From positions 96,001-160,000 of the forward strand of contig CAWJTV010000034.1 of NCBI GenBank assembly GCA_963845755.1: a stretch of 64,000 nucleotides of DNA, read 5' to 3'. The position numbers were made by a program, and so were the translations under genes. Shown here one piece after another: positions 43,675-54,205 of this stretch (positions are counted from its first letter, which is position 1; every line of letters begins with the position of its first letter). Under the pieces are notes generated by a model. That model searched no databases. It had not been told where the DNA came from and worked only from the letters and a program-made list of their open reading frames with translations. The DNA is from an uncultured Planctomycetota bacterium. Its GTDB lineage: Bacteria; Planctomycetota; Planctomycetia; Isosphaerales; Isosphaeraceae.

Positions 43675-46566
43675 ATGGGATACCGCATCGTCATCGCCGC
43701 GGCAATCGCCGTCGCCCAGGCTCCGGCACCGGCACCGAAGGCTCAGGAGAAAGCCCCGGCGGCCGCGGCGTCGGACCAGGCACTCAAGGACGCGCAGCGG
43801 TTGTTGCAGAACGGCCGCTATGCGGAGGCGGAGGAGGCCCTGTCGGCGATCCTGACCGAAGCCAAGAAGGAGCCCGCGCGGCTCACGCCCGCGCGGAAAG
43901 GCGCGGTCGTGCTGGGACTGGTCGAATGCGCGGCCAGCCAGGGCGAGCATGGCAAGGCGATCGAACGGCTCAAGGCGGCCGAGGCTGAGGAGCCGAAGAA
44001 CGCCGGCCTGCCGGCGCGACTGGCCGAATTGTACCTGACTCGCGGCGACTGGGAAGCCGCCGAGGCCGCCATGCGCCGTGCCGAGGCGATCGACCCCGAT
44101 CACTTGCTGGCGCGCTGGGTCGAGGCTCGGCTATATGATCTCCGCGGCGATCTCGACAAGGCGGTCATCGCCTGCAAGTGGTTCGTCAACCGGTACAACG
44201 ACCGGCGTGCGGAGATCATCAAGGACGCCGAGGCCCTGCTCCTGGTCGGCCAGGCTTGCGAACGGTACTATCGCGCCAACGCACGGGGAGAGGAACTCAG
44301 CGATGCGCTCAACGATGTGATCAACGAGATCTATGAGACCGCACTGCGGGTCGACCCCAATTGCTGGCGAGCCCCCTGGTTGGAGGGACGGCTGTTCCTC
44401 TCCGGTTACAACGAACGGGCCGCGGCGCGTGAGCTATCCCGGGCCCAGCAGATCAACCCGCATTCGCCCGAGGTGCTCGTCACGCTCGGCCAGTCCGACT
44501 TGCAGTCCTATCGCCTGGCGTCGGGCCGGGCCAAGGCGGAGCGGGCCCTGGCCACGAATCCCCACTTCGCGCCGGCCCATATCCTCCTGGCCGACCTGAA
44601 CATCTCCGACGAGCGGTTCGTCAACGCCCATGCTGCGGCGCGAAAGGCGGTAGCGGAGAACCCGCGCGACGAGGAGGCACTTGGCCGGCTGGCCGCGTCG
44701 TGCCGGCTGCTCGTCGACCCGGTGGGGGCGGCCGCCGCGGAGCTGGCCGCCCTGGGCAACAATCCTCGTCCGGCCACCTTCTATGCGTCCCTGGGCGAAC
44801 GGCTGGCCGACCGCCGCAAGTATCCCTCCGCCGAACGCGCCTTCCTGCTCTCGGCCGCGGCCGACTCCACGCGAGCCGAGGCTCCCATCGGACTGGGAAT
44901 GCTCTACATGCAGGTCGGTCGCGAGACCGAGGCCAAGAGCCTCTTTGACGCCGCCTTCGCCGCCGACCCCTTCAACGTCCGGGCGAACAATATGATCGAG
45001 GTCCTCAAGCACATGGCCCCTTATACCAACGTCGTCTCTAAGCACTACAGCGTGCTGATCGACCCGACGCAGGATGAGCTGCTGGGCCGGTACATGTCGC
45101 GGTACCTCGAATCGATCTACGCAACCCTGACCTCGCGATTCGGCTACATCCCGCCGGGGAAGACCAAGATCGAGATCCTCAAGGACCACAAGTGGTTCAG
45201 CGCCCGGACGATCGGCCTCCCGTTCGTCCCAACGGTCGGGGCCTGCACCGGGCGGCGTCGTGGCCCTGGCCAGCCCCCGGGCCACCCGCGTCCCCTTCAA
45301 CTGGGCCCGCGTACTCACCCACGAGGTCACCCACGTCATCACCTTGCAACAGACCGAGTTCAACATCCCGCACTGGTATACCGAGGCCCTGGCCGTCGAG
45401 AGCGAGGGATTCCCCCGCCCCCAGGAATGGAACAAGATGCTCCTGGTTCGCGTACCGGACCGCAAGCTCCTGAACCTCGACACCATTAACCTGGGATTCA
45501 TCCGGCCCAAGGAGCCGGAGGATCGCCAGTTGGCCTATTGCCAGGCCCAGCTCTATGCCCGGTACATGCTCAAGCGATTCGGCGATGACGCGTTGATCAA
45601 GATGCTCATGGCCTACCGCAGGGGCGCACGACCGACAGCGCGATCGCCGAATGCTTCCACGTCGAGAAGGCCGACTTCGAGAAGGGCTACCTGACCTACC
45701 TGGACGAGGTGATCAAGACGATCCGCACCCGAGTCGATGAGGAGAAGACGATCGAGTTCTCGCGGCTCGAGCGCCAATACAAGGAGAAACCCGAGGACGC
45801 CGACTTGAACGCGCGGATGGCCTACGAGCACTTCGCCCGCCGCAATTTCTCCGAGGCGCGGCCGTTCGCCGACAAGGCGCTCGAGCTGAAGCCGCACCAT
45901 CCGCTCGCCAGCTACGTCAAGGCGCGGCTCCTTCAGTCGATCGGCGACAACGATGCAGCGCTCGCGGTGCTCGAGCCCGCGCACGATCCGAAGAATCCCA
46001 ATGAGCGGGTGATCGACCTCCTGGGACGGCTGAAGATGGAGGCCGGGCAGCTTGATGAAGCGGAGAAGCTCTACGAGCTGGCGCGGAAGGACGACCCGTT
46101 CCATAGCAAGTGGATCGCGGGCATGGCGCAGGTCCACCTCCGCCAGAAGAGGACGGACGCTCTGCTCAACGACCTGGCCATGCTCGCCGCCAACGACGCC
46201 GACGACCTCCGGGTGCGCAAGGCGCTGGCCGAACGCCACCTGGCCCTGGGGCACGCCGCCATCGCCGAGAAATGGGCCAACGAGTGCCTGTACATCAACG
46301 TCTACGACCCGACCGTGCATGTCTTGCTCGCCGACGCCCAGGTCGCCGGAAAGAAGTTCGCCGAGGCTATTGAGGAGTACGAGGCCGCCCTGGAGCTGAA
46401 GATCAAGAAACCCAACGATCTGAAGGTCAAGCTGGCCCAGGCACAACTGGGCAAGGGCGACCGCACCGCCGCCAAGGCCACCCTCGACGGCATCCTCAAG
46501 GAAGATCCCGAGCACCCCGAGGCAAAGGCACTCCGGGAACAGATCGAGCGCGTGAAGAAAGGATAA
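43675..46566 (+). CDS. Large TPR protein with central peptidase MA-like domain (frameshifts near 45255 and 45625)
   Basis: TPR-like repeats; LTHEVTHV..PHWYTEALA. Confidence 0.8.
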
Positions 46567-46604
46567 AGTTCATGCGCAATCCTTTACTCTTGTGAGGTGT
46601 TCCG

Positions 46605-46835
46605 ATGCAGTGGCGCGACCGGATCGAGGCGAATCCGAAGCTCCTCGTGGGAAAACCCGTGATCAAGGGAACGCGGCTTGCCGTCGAATTCATTCTCGAG
46701 CTGCTCGCGGAGCGGTGGACTCACGAGCAGATCCTCAAGAGCTACCCGCAATTGACGGAAGATGACATTTGGGCCGTTCTCTGGTACGCGACGGAAACGA
46801 TCAAGCAGGAGAAAGTTTACCCCGTCCCGGTGTAA
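46605..46835 (+). CDS. DUF433 antitoxin-like protein
   Basis: GKPVIKGTRL, YPQLTEDDI. Confidence 0.88.
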   Translation: MQWRDRIEANPKLLVGKPVIKGTRLAVEFILELLAERWTHEQILKSYPQLTEDDIWAVLWYATETIKQEKVYPVPV

Positions 46836-46838
46836 ACG

Positions 46839-47198
46839 ATGAGTAAATTCTTGGCTGATGAGAATGTGCCGATCGAAGTCGTCGAGGCCGCTCGGCAAGG
46901 CGGCTTGGATGTTGAATGGATCAAGGAGCTCTCGCCGGGAGTCGATGACGACGTCGTGATCGCAACGGCTCGTTTTGATGACCGGGTGTTGATCACCTTC
47001 GACAAGGACTTCGGAGAGATGGCTTTTCGACAAGGCAAGACATCGACTGCGGGTGTGATCTTGCTCCGGCCTCGATTGCGGGATCCCGACTATTTGACCC
47101 GCTTCACCCTGGCCGTCTTGATGCAGCCCAGGATCTGGGAAGGTTTCTTCTGCGTTGCCCGTGAAGCTCGGATGCGTATGGTTCCTCTCCCGGAGTGA
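46839..47198 (+). CDS. DUF5615 PIN-like toxin
   Basis: FLADENVP, LITFDKDFGE, GVILLR. Confidence 0.88.
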   Translation: MSKFLADENVPIEVVEAARQGGLDVEWIKELSPGVDDDVVIATARFDDRVLITFDKDFGEMAFRQGKTSTAGVILLRPRLRDPDYLTRFTLAVLMQPRIWEGFFCVAREARMRMVPLPE

Positions 47199-47206
47199 TC
47201 CCATCG

Positions 47207-48562
47207 ATGCACCTGGAAATACCATTTTCGAGGCCGAGTGGCGTGGTTCGCACCCTGGCGCTACTGGCTACGTTGATTGGTGTTCCATCGCGCGCCGGGG
47301 CCGACGATGACAACTCACGACAACCCAACGTCGTCTTGATCATCGCCGACGACATGGCCTGGACCGACTACGGCTTCATGGGGCATCCACAGATCCGCAC
47401 GCCCCGGCTCGACCGGCTGGCAAGCCAGAGCCTGGTGTTCCGGCGCGGGTATGTGACGACCAGCCTCTGCTCCCCCAGCCTGGCCAGCATCCTCACGGGG
47501 CGGTATCCCCACCAGCACAGGATCACCAGCAACGACCCTCCGCTTGCGCCCGGCGTAAGCGAGCGGCTGGCCCAGCGAAACACGGCGTTTCTCCAGCAGC
47601 GCCAGGAGATGATCAAGTACTTCGATGACATGCCATCCATGCCTCGACTATTGACCGCGAAGGGGTACCTCAGCTTCCAGTCGGGGAAGTGGTGGGGCGG
47701 GTCGTACAAGCGGGGCGGCTTCACCAACGGCATGACCAGCGGCGACCCCGAGCGCGGCGGCCGGCACGGCGACGCCGGCCTGGCAATCGGCCGTCGGGAG
47801 ATGAAGCCCATCTCGATGTTCATGGAGATGGCGCAGACGCGCAAGGCCCCGTTCTTCCTCTGGTACGCGCCGATGATGCCCCACCAGCCTCACAACCCGC
47901 CCGAGCGGTTCCTCGCCCACTACCGCGATAAAGTCCCGTCGCTGGAAGTCGCGAAATACTGGGCGATGTGCGAGTGGTTCGACGAGACTTGTGGGCAGTT
48001 GCTCGACTTCCTCGATGCTCACAAGCTGGCCGAGAACACCCTCGTGATCTTCCTGGCCGACAATGGCTGGATTCAGGATCCGCAGGCCGACCGGTATGCA
48101 CCTCGGTCGAAGCAGTCGCCGAACGAGGGAGGGCTTCGGACCCCGATCCTGGTCCGATGGCCCGGCAAGGTCGCTCCGCGGACCAGCATTACGCCCGCCA
48201 GCGCGATCGACGTCGCGCCCACGATCCTCCAGGCGGCAGGACTCCCGCTCGAGCCCGGCACCGAGGGTGTCAACCTCCTTGACGACAAGGCCGTTTCCGG
48301 CCGTCCGGCGATCTTCGGCGAGATCTTCACTCACAATGCCGTGAGTATCCACGACCCGTCATCGAGTCTCCGGTACCGCTGGATCGTCGCGGGCGACTGG
48401 AAGCTGATTGCCCCCGACCGCCGCCATTCCCCCAATGACGTCGTCGAGCTCTACGACGTGGCACACGACCCGGGCGAGACTCGCAACCTTGCGGCAGAAC
48501 AACCTCAGAAGCTCACCGACCTGATGGCGCGGCTGAACGCCTGGTGGCCGGCCGGCCCGTAG
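47207..48562 (+). CDS. Sulfatase (S1 family)
   Basis: PNVVLIIADD, CSPSLASILTGRYP, GKW, ADNG, ELYD. Confidence 0.9.
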   Translation: MHLEIPFSRPSGVVRTLALLATLIGVPSRAGADDDNSRQPNVVLIIADDMAWTDYGFMGHPQIRTPRLDRLASQSLVFRRGYVTTSLCSPSLASILTGRYPHQHRITSNDPPLAPGVSERLAQRNTAFLQQRQEMIKYFDDMPSMPRLLTAKGYLSFQSGKWWGGSYKRGGFTNGMTSGDPERGGRHGDAGLAIGRREMKPISMFMEMAQTRKAPFFLWYAPMMPHQPHNPPERFLAHYRDKVPSLEVAKYWAMCEWFDETCGQLLDFLDAHKLAENTLVIFLADNGWIQDPQADRYAPRSKQSPNEGGLRTPILVRWPGKVAPRTSITPASAIDVAPTILQAAGLPLEPGTEGVNLLDDKAVSGRPAIFGEIFTHNAVSIHDPSSSLRYRWIVAGDWKLIAPDRRHSPNDVVELYDVAHDPGETRNLAAEQPQKLTDLMARLNAWWPAGP

Positions 48563-48574
48563 TCATCGGTGCGT

Positions 48575-49942
48575 TCATCGTCGCGTCATGTTCATCTTGA
48601 CCCCCCGCGCGGGTCGGAGGGTCATCGAGGGCAAGGGCGTGACCACGGCATCCGGCGCCAGCGATAGTCGGTACTTCTGGGCAATCGTGGCCAGGACCAG
48701 CGTCGCTTCCATCAAGGCGAAGCTGTTGCCAACACAGATCCTCGGGCCGCCGCCGAAGGGGAAATACGCATAACGAGGAATCCGCTGGATCAGTCCGTCG
48801 GCCCAGCGCTCGGGGCGAAATGCGGCGGGGTCATCGAACCATCGCGAGTCGCGGTGGATCACGCAGGCGGTCATGAAAACCGTCGTTCCTTTGGCGATGC
48901 GATATCCGCCCAGCTCGAGTGGCTCGATCGCCTCGCGACCGAGCATCCAGCCGGGAGGATACAGACGGAGCGTCTCATTGACGATGTTCTCGGTATAGGT
49001 CAGGCGGGGAAGCTCGGCGAGTGTAGGCGGTCGCCCATCCAGGACGCTCGCGAGCTCGTCGTGAAGCCGGGCCTCCACCTCGTGGTGTCCGGAGAGCAGG
49101 AACCAGGCCCAGGCCAGCGTGTTGGCCGTGGTTTCATGACCCGCCAGGAACAGCGTCATGCACTCGTCGCGGAGTTGCCGGTCGGACATCCGCCGGCCAC
49201 TCTCTTCATCTTCGACCCGGAGGAGCATCGAGAGCAGGTCTCCCCGGTCCTCGCCGCTGCGCCGACGCTCAGCGATGATCCCGTAGAGGATCTGCTCCAG
49301 TCGCCGCACTGTCCGCGCGACCCGGACTTTCATCGGTGTGGGAATCCAGCGGGGGATGATGACCGGGCTCGCCGTGCTGGCGACGAAACTGTGCATCAGG
49401 GTCTCCATCGCCGCGCTCACCTCGGCCGTCTCCCCGCCCATCTCTGCGTCGAAGAGCGTCTTGGCGACGATTTCCAGCGTCAGCCGCATCATGTCAACCT
49501 GAATATCGCGGACTTGACCATCCGCCCAGGACTCCATCAATCTCTCAGTATAGTCGACCATGAGACGGCCATAGGCCTCGATCCGCTCGCGATGGAAGGC
49601 CGGCTGGACGAGCTTGCGCTGGCCGCGCCAGAAGTCGCCTTCGCTGGTCAACAACCCGTCGCCCAGCGTCTGCTTGGCCTGCCGCAGGCGATAGTGCTTG
49701 ATGAACTTGCGATTCTGGTGGACCAGGACCTCTTCAACCAGGTCCGGATGGTTCGCGAAGAGGATCCAGCGCGGGCCAAACCGGGCGGCGACGAGGTCGC
49801 CGTATTCTCGAGCCCAGCGCGTCAGGGAGCCGAGCCGGTCGGCGCTGAACTCGCCGAGATTGCCGAAGAGACCGCGTGCCGGCGGTCCGGGTGGTCGCTT
49901 CGGGCTAGTCGATGCGCCCTGGATCACACTGTCCCGAGCCAT
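48575..49942 (-). CDS. Cytochrome P450
   Basis: AGHETT, ETLR, FRPERW, FGGGPRICVG. Confidence 0.95.
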   Translation of the reverse strand: MARDSVIQGASTSPKRPPGPPARGLFGNLGEFSADRLGSLTRWAREYGDLVAARFGPRWILFANHPDLVEEVLVHQNRKFIKHYRLRQAKQTLGDGLLTSEGDFWRGQRKLVQPAFHRERIEAYGRLMVDYTERLMESWADGQVRDIQVDMMRLTLEIVAKTLFDAEMGGETAEVSAAMETLMHSFVASTASPVIIPRWIPTPMKVRVARTVRRLEQILYGIIAERRRSGEDRGDLLSMLLRVEDEESGRRMSDRQLRDECMTLFLAGHETTANTLAWAWFLLSGHHEVEARLHDELASVLDGRPPTLAELPRLTYTENIVNETLRLYPPGWMLGREAIEPLELGGYRIAKGTTVFMTACVIHRDSRWFDDPAAFRPERWADGLIQRIPRYAYFPFGGGPRICVGNSFALMEATLVLATIAQKYRLSLAPDAVVTPLPSMTLRPARGVKMNMTRR

Positions 49943-50913
49943 CAGGATCCTCCGAGCACGTAAGACTTGGGGATCTCCGCGCCGGCGACCGGCCGCAGGT
50001 TACGGATCCGGCACATCTGGTACACGTTGATGCGGAAGTCCGGACACGTGCTCACCAGGCAATACGCATCGACCGGCGAGACGCCGTGCTCGGAGATCAG
50101 CCAATCCATCAGGTGGGTCGTCGCCGTCTCGACGGCGTGATCGAGCGGCCGGTCGGTATGGATGGCGATCAGGCTATTCGGCTTCTCGATGCGCATGCCA
50201 GGAACCCGGTAGCCCCTCTTCACCTCGAGCCGGAGCCGGACGGTGGCCTTGGTCTCGGCGGCCGTGCCGGTGAACTCGGTGTCGCCCTGACTGGCGTGGA
50301 CGTCGCCGAGGTAGAAGCGCGCGCCTTCGTGGAAGATCGGCAGGAAGATCCGGTTGCGGGGTGCCACATCGCGGATGTCGAGGTTGCCGCCCCATTCCCC
50401 CTGTCCGTCGATGCTGGTGGTCACCTCGCGGTCGGGGGCGACGCCCAGCGTCCCGACGAATGGCGTGATCGGCCAGGATCGGCGTTCGTCGAAATGGAGG
50501 GTGCCGTCACGGGTCGTGCCGCTGGGGCCCGGCGTGTGGCGGAAGATCTTGGTGGTATACTCGCCCGATAGCTCGGGCCATCGCGTGGATTCACCCAGCG
50601 GCCCGCGCCGAGGGCCGATCGCGATCCAAGAGTAGTCATCCACCTCGATCTCGTCGATGATCACGACGAGAGCGTCGCCGCGCGCGGCCCCTTCGACCCA
50701 GATCGGACCGGCGATCGGGTTGGCCTGAGGAGGGACCCGGTCGAAGCCCGGCCGCCGCGCCGGGATCGCCTTATCCTGCTCGGTCCGGATGTAGCCGTTG
50801 CTGGCGTCGAATGTCTCGACCTCGAACGGCTCGCCCGGCTCGACCCGGAGCAGCGGCTCGTCACGCCAATCGAAGGCGAACTTGCGGGCCTGTTCTCGTG
50901 CGATGTGTTTCAT
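49942..50913 (-). CDS. Acetamidase/formamidase family protein
   Basis: GPIWVEGA, GGNLD, GDVHASQGDTE. Confidence 0.88.
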   Translation of the reverse strand: MKHIAREQARKFAFDWRDEPLLRVEPGEPFEVETFDASNGYIRTEQDKAIPARRPGFDRVPPQANPIAGPIWVEGAARGDALVVIIDEIEVDDYSWIAIGPRRGPLGESTRWPELSGEYTTKIFRHTPGPSGTTRDGTLHFDERRSWPITPFVGTLGVAPDREVTTSIDGQGEWGGNLDIRDVAPRNRIFLPIFHEGARFYLGDVHASQGDTEFTGTAAETKATVRLRLEVKRGYRVPGMRIEKPNSLIAIHTDRPLDHAVETATTHLMDWLISEHGVSPVDAYCLVSTCPDFRINVYQMCRIRNLRPVAGAEIPKSYVLGGS

Positions 50914-50925
50914 GAGACTCTCACT

Positions 50926-50945
50926 GTAGGTGGGTGAAACCCACC
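50926..50945. repeat. Single REP (family A)
   Basis: GTAGGTGGGTGAAACCCACC. Confidence 0.7.
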
Positions 50946-51019
50946 GATGCAAGGCTCGTTAGCGAGGTCCAAGGAATCGGCGGGTAACGCTGAGTTGAGC
51001 TTAGCTCAAACCGCACTAA

Positions 51020-51139
51020 GAGTCTGTCCCAGAAGGGCGAGCGGGGGGCGTCAGCCCCCTGTCCGGTGAACGGCGGACCTCCAAGACAGGGGGCTGACGC
51101 CCCCCGCTCGCCCGGACCGGCCCCTTCTGGGACAGACTT
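51020..51139. repeat. ~120-bp palindromic MITE-like element, copy 2
   Basis: Terminal IR AGTCTGTCCCAGAAGGG / CCCTTCTGGGACAGACT with an internal long hairpin; TAA on both sides. Confidence 0.85.
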
Positions 51140-53950
51140 TAAGGAACTCGGCTCGGGTCGCCTGCCTTGGGGCGGCTACTCAAGAAGGCGAGGAGATCGC
51201 GGAACTCCTGGATCGTCATGGTGGTCACGAGGTCATCGGGCATGATCGAGGTCGTCTGAGGCTTGCGCTCGGCGATCTCATCGGACTTGACCGCGATCCG
51301 CCGGCCCTGCGAGTCGGCGAAGTCGAGGACGCCGTCGGCCGACTGATCGAGGAGGATGCCGGTGAAGACGGTCCCATCCGTCCGCGCAACGCTCCAGGGG
51401 ACGAACTGGGGCGCGATCTCCCGGCTAGGCGCGACGATCGACTCGACGAGCCGGCGACGATCGGTGGTGGAGGCCAACGTGGAGAGGTCTGGCCCGGCGC
51501 GTCCACCACGGCCGTCGACCGGGTGGCAGCGATAACAGCCCGGTCCTTTGGTGTGGAAGAAGACCCGCTCTCCGGCTGCGGGATCGGCAGGACCTTCCAG
51601 GCGAGCCAGCCAGGCGTCGATGTCATGGTCCTGGGATGCCTTGCGATCCGGTTGCGATGACGTGGCCTTGCCGTGCTCGAGCCAATCGATCAACGCCATC
51701 GACGCGTCGTCACCCCGATTCGCGTCCCGGAGTCGTGCGACCTCCTCCCTCGACGACGCAACGCCGCGCAGGCTCCTGAGCGCTTCGTGGCGAATCACCG
51801 GAGGAGTCTCTGTCGCCAGCTCGACGAGAAGTTCACGATGATGGGTCGCGTCATCGGCCAGGGCGGCGATCGCTTCGACTCGGACCGGTTCGGGAATCGT
51901 GTTATCTCCGGCGAATTTGGCAAGTAGATCGAAGCGGCCGGCATTCGGGCACTGAGAAAGACTGCGCACCGCCTCGATCCGGATCGGCTGATCGGGCGAA
52001 TCCAGGAAGTGTTTCAAGCGACCGAGTGTCAGTGAAGGATGATCGGGCCGAAGCATTCGCAGGCCGCGGCGCAGGACGCCCGCCGATGTGCGTGGGTTGC
52101 TCAAGAGCGCGACGATGTACTCTTCGCCGGACCGCTCGTTGCGTGGGTCATTTCGCAGGCCGTCGAGCTGCTCCAGTGCTGCCAGCGTGGCTTCGAATAG
52201 CTCGCGTGTCGCCGCCGTCGAGGTCAAGCCGGCCAGCAGGAGGGCGCGGAAGGCCTCCAGCCGATGCTCTCCAATCCACTGAATGGCCGCAAAGTGAAGA
52301 GTCGGGTCGGGATCCGCCAGGAATTTCGGCAAGAGCGCGGCCTTCAGGCCGATCGGCGTCTCGGAGGATCAGGAGCAGACCGAGCCGCTGGCTGGCAACG
52401 CGGTCGGTGTCCTTGGCCATCGCGATCATATCGTCCATGGCAAACGTATGCCGCAAGCCTTCCCGCGCCGCTTGCTGGACGAACGGATCATCCGATTCGA
52501 GGGCTTTCGAGAAAAGGTCCTTCGCGGACGGGTCGGCGAGTCGGCGCATCGCCTCGGCGCGGACCAGGGGCGACTTGTCCGATGCCGCGAGCCTCTTGAA
52601 ATCGATGTGGCCCTTCGGCGCAACGCGGACGGCCATCGCGCGAACGTCCGAGGAATCGTCGCGGAGAGACTGGTTGATCAATTGATCCTTCATCATGCGG
52701 CCTGCCGCAACCGTCGCGAGCATGCGGGAGCGAGTCCTCGGATCGGTCATGTCCGACTCCGGCATGTTGTTCGGACCTTTCAACTCATGGGCGTTCCGCA
52801 GCCGCCAGATCCGCCCCTTGCCGTGCAGCGAGTATTCCTTGTCGACCCAGTCGCTCATGTACAGCGACCCCTCGGGCGCGACCGCGATGCCGACCGGCCG
52901 AAAATCCTCACCACCGACGACCACGGGCTTCATGGTCGCGTGAAAGGACGCCCCGCGCGGCTGGAGGTCGTATCGTTCGATCCGATGGTCGCCCCACGAG
53001 GTGACCAGGAGCGCACCGCGGTAGTCCGCGGGCAGGTTCTTCGACTCATACGCCACGATTCCGCTGGGAGCTTCACCGGTGCCGGCGACCATCCCCAGGG
53101 TGCCCGGCAACTCGCCATTCCACGCGGTAAACGGATGCAGGCCCTTGCGACCGTTTCGAAAGCGGTAGCCGTAGTCGCCGCCGTCGACGATGTGGAGCAA
53201 ACGGCATGGCGGTCGCGAGTCGGGGTCGTTGTCCACGGCGAAGAGCCGCCCAAACGCGTCGAACGTCATGTGGAACGGGTTCCAGAAGCCGGTCGCGACC
53301 TTCTCGAGCTTCGTCCCATCGGGCCGGCATTTGTAGATATTCCCGCCCTCGCCGCCGCCCGAGAGCGTCGTCCCGTCGGAACCGATCAGGCGATAGTCGG
53401 CACCCAGGTTCTCGCCCAGGCCGAAATAGACCCATCCCAGGCAGTCGAACGCGAACCCCGACAGGCCGTTGTGGGGATAGTCGCCGGGCGTGTCGAGCCG
53501 GACGATCGGCGCGGGGACTTTGCCCCCATCATTGCCGTCAGCCCGACCGTCGTCATCGTGATCGAAGAGGTGATAGACGGCCCACCGTGTCGCGACGAAG
53601 ACCGAGCCGTCACCCGCGACCGCCAGGTTCATCGTGAATCGCGTCCCTTCGAAGAACGTGCCGACGCACTCCGGCCGGCCGTCGTGATCGCGATCCTCAA
53701 ACACGCGGATCCGGTCCGCCGGGGGACCCTTGTAGCCCCGGGGCCGGAAGTGCGTATGGCTCTCGATCACCAGGACCCGGCCGCGGGCATCGACCGCCAG
53801 CCCCGTGGGCGTGACGATCTCCGGCTCCGCCGCGATCCGCTCGAACACTAGCCGCGGGTCGACCGAGCGCGGAGGTTCGGACGCCGGGGCGTCTGCTCCC
53901 GTGAGTGTGATCGATACGGCAATCCAGAGACCAAGGCCGGCGCGGATCAT
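51139..53950 (-). CDS. PVC-type heme-binding CxxCH protein (sorbosone-dehydrogenase-like propeller + HEAT + cytochrome c; frameshift near 52335)
   Basis: AAEPEIVTPTG, FRPV, DW, CYRCH, GPDLS, SIMP. Confidence 0.85.
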
Positions 53951-54145
53951 CGTTGTGGGTGCTCCCAGGCGGTTGTCGGGGTACCGGCAACTTGCCGGCT
54001 TCTGCGCGCGACGCAAGCGAGACGCCTGCAACAGGATTCCTTGTTGCGCAGTATAACCGCACAGGTCGCATGGGTCCAAGGAAGGAACCCGGACCGGCCG
54101 CGAAACCTGGCCTTGGTCACGATTCGAGAACGACTTCCGGCCTTT

Positions 54146-54205
54146 GTAGGGTGGGTGAAACCCACCATGATCGGGCCGTTCTTGGTGGGGTTTCACCCAC
54201 CCTAC
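54146..54205. repeat. REP doublet (family A) overlapping the stop codon of the sigma-WD40 gene
   Basis: Same arms as 11437-11496 plus shared flank TCCGGCCTTT. Confidence 0.85.

Noticed and set aside
48854..53851. Long antisense ORFs (e.g. 48854-49963, 52448-53851; also 37757-39064)
   Set aside because: Shadow frames of well-supported genes in high-GC DNA.
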